This document shows positions 61,471 through 64,000 of a stretch of 64,000 nt of DNA, piece after piece (positions within the stretch are counted from its first letter, which is position 1; each line of letters begins with the position of its first letter). The stretch covers positions 29,450,001 to 29,514,000 of the forward strand of contig CM060734.1 in assembly GCA_030704615.1 (NCBI GenBank). Direction: 5' to 3'. The notes under the pieces are model-generated. The model was not told the DNA's origin and ran no database searches. It saw only the letters and a program-made list of their open reading frames with translations. The position numbers and the translations under genes were made by a program. Source of the DNA: Takakia lepidozioides. Taxonomy: Eukaryota; Plantae; Bryophyta.

Positions 61471-62390
61471 AAACCGTCTATAGTAGTTTGCTAACCCCAT
61501 GAAAGCTCGAACTTGGCTCACATCCGTGGGGTGTGGAATTTGTGCAATGGCCTCTACTTTAGTCTGCTGTACCCCCAATCCTCCAGGATATATCATGTGA
61601 CCCAGATACTCAATCTGGTTGTGGAAAAACTTGCACTTCCCCGGATGCAATTCAATCCGTGCGCTCTCAAGCGCTCCAATACCACCTGAAGATGTCTCTC
61701 ATGCTCCTCCACCGTAGCACTAAAGATCATGATGTCATCTATGTCGCACCGAGCAAAGTCCACCCCTGCTAGAATCCTATCCATGACTCTCTGAAACTCT
61801 GCAGGAGCGTTCTTAAGCCCAAATGGTAAGAACCGCCACTGATATAGGCAATCCTTGCCGTGCTCATTGATCCCCCATAATGTCGTCTTCTGCTTGTCCG
61901 CCTCCTTGATCGGCAACTGGTGATATCCGGATCATAAATCCAAAGTGCTAAAGACCTTAGCATGCCCGATGGCATCAAAGATCTCCTCTGGTGTTGGCAT
62001 GGCATACTTATTTGACTTGGTTTGACGATTTACAGGCTGGTAATCTCCGCACATACGTCTCTCCGTCCAATTGCCATAGACATCCTTCTTGGCTAGCATC
62101 ACTGTGGTTGAAGCATATTCTCCATCAGAGAACTCCACCAAACCAGCCTCCCAGAGATCTTGAGTCCTTATCTGAATCAAAGACCTCTCCATGTCACTGT
62201 ATCTATAGGGTCTCCGAAAGATTGGCGTGTCAGTGGCCAACTCAATACAAATCTCTTGACCCTTCAGTGCTCCCAAGTCCTTCAAACTAAAGGCAAAGCA
62301 ATTCCTGTAAGCCCTCAGGAACCGCCGTATACGTCGTCTCTCTTCTCCGGTGACAATGGGTCCAATGTCAGGCTCCCAATTGTCCTCCAT
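61471..62390 (-). mobile_element. Ty3/gypsy reverse transcriptase, decayed
   Basis: RRPYRYS, RRMCGDY..VN, FSTLDL*SGYHQ, LPFGLKNAPAEFQRVMD, DIDD (YxDD mutated), KCKF..EYLGH, RAFMGLANYYRRF. Confidence 0.95.
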
Positions 62391-62739
62391 AACTGCAACC
62401 TTAAGTCCAGTGGGCTTAGAGGTAGAGGACGCGTCCAGTGGTTGCTATGTTGCAACCTCTTGAGCAGTACTCCCTACCTGCTCAGTCAATGACAAGGCCT
62501 TATTCTGCCCCATCATCTCATCCTCGAGGACTTCTTCAACCCGAGAAAAATCCCCAACCTCATCCATCACTGCCACCTTGGCTGCCAACTCCCTCTAAAC
62601 CTCGAGCACCTCCCACGTGTGTCATAGATGTCTGCACCCCGTGGTCCTCACATGCTCGCCCCCACTCACTGCCTGTACCATCTCGGTAGGCAGAGAGACC
62701 ATCGAGGGAAGTGTACTTCGTACTCTGCATTGCTCAGCC

Positions 62740-63690
62740 ATAGCCAAGCTGATAATCCAGGTCAAGCAATTGAGATCCATTGCTTGTCCCAACACCTGAT
62801 GACGTGAAAGAGACGACACCGCCGTGGTACCAGTGGTAAAACCCATCGCCCGCTCACGCTCGTCAGCATTAGGCTCCATTAACTGCTACAACTAAGCATC
62901 CCACAAGAGGCCAGGTCCACTATCCCGGAAAACATGCGATCCTGGGAAGCAGAGTAGTGTAGATAATGTTGTTCGTGGTTGATCCACCTTGTTGACCACT
63001 GCCAAAGGCGAACGGTCATCGTGTCTCACACGCTGAGACTGCCTCCCTGTGTCCAAAATGCTATCCACTGTGAGGTGTGCTGGCCGTTGCACCCCATCAA
63101 ATGCACGCTTGAGCAGTGCGGATGGCATCAAGATAGTCCACCATAGTCGTGGACGATGAGCCCGTGACCCCACTGCAGCTGTATCCAACAACACTGCTGA
63201 TCCAAGCCACGACCGGACTTGATGCACACTGGCCATCACCCTAGCCCGAGAATCGCCCATCAGTGGCACATTCTCCAAAATGTATGTCGGAGATACAGCT
63301 TGATGAAGCTGTAAATGGCGCAAAACCCGCACCATCTCCCAAAACAGACCCGACCTCGAAAAATCCATTGCCGTGCCCGGCTGATGAATGCCCTTGGCAA
63401 GGCCAACCTGCCACTACCAAGTGGATGGGGCCAACCCGCTCCAAATCTTGAGCCCCCAGCAAATAAATGTCTAGTGGTAATGTCTGCTGGTATCCACAAA
63501 CTGCAGACACCGGCAACAACTCAGGGTACTGCTGCACCAACTGAGCAACATGGCGTAGGAAGACGCGTCATGCAGTCTTATCCCTCTCCACATACAAGTA
63601 ACGCCAAACTCGTACACCTGCCTGTAGCACTGCAGCCAATCCGGTGCTGATCCCGCCAAACAAGTCCAGAAGTCAAATGTCTTCATCCGG
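62740..63690 (-). pseudogene. C5 cytosine DNA methyltransferase domain embedded in the gypsy polyprotein
   Basis: LDLFGGI (63669-63649), AGWPCQG (63408-63391), SRSGLFWE, YILENV (63275-63267), RAHRPRLWW, ERERAMGF, VLGQAM in canonical order. Confidence 0.9.
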
Positions 63691-64000
63691 ATACTGCCAC
63701 ACAATAGGTGGGGTCCAATGGAGACAACTGAGGTGGTCCTGGTGCAATCCCCGCACTCTCTTCATCTCCTGATGGTACAAAAGCCTCTACCCAGGCTTGT
63801 TGCACCCGTCGATCAGCCACCCGCTGCAAATCCTTGCTCGTGCCCCACAATGGAGTCTGAGCAACCATGGCAGGCAACTCCGCCATACCATACATGTCAT
63901 CCTGTTCTCCTAGAGGTGTGTCATCCTCTGAATGAGTGTTGCCCTCTAGTAACTCTCCAGGCCAAGTCACTGCAGCTGTGAAGGTTGTCAGTGTCGGCAT

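Overview
Repeat-rich eukaryotic nuclear DNA from an early-diverging land plant. PLS-class PPR genes, GT-AG introns and a FAM166-like ciliary gene suggest a lineage with flagellated sperm (bryophyte, lycophyte or fern; inference). Left part: a scrambled tandem cluster of PPR pseudogenes with an N-terminal OSB-type PDF motif, CACTA-like palindromic arrays, a decayed L1-like LINE with an internal inversion, a pyruvate kinase pseudogene and a complete but decayed Ty1/copia element (LTRs, PBS, PPT, TAGAC TSD). Middle: an S-protein homologue, a tRNA-derived SINE, a frameshifted B-lectin gene, an adenylate/UMP-CMP kinase, a repeat-expanded CRAL-TRIO gene, SFC1, an RTEX-like LINE 3' end, a FAM166-like gene and TMEM230. 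Right end: nested Ty3/gypsy remnants. The most striking feature is a gypsy pol with a C5 cytosine DNA methyltransferase domain (motifs I, IV, VI, VIII, IX, X in order) directly upstream of its reverse transcriptase. All calls come from manual reading; no searches were run.
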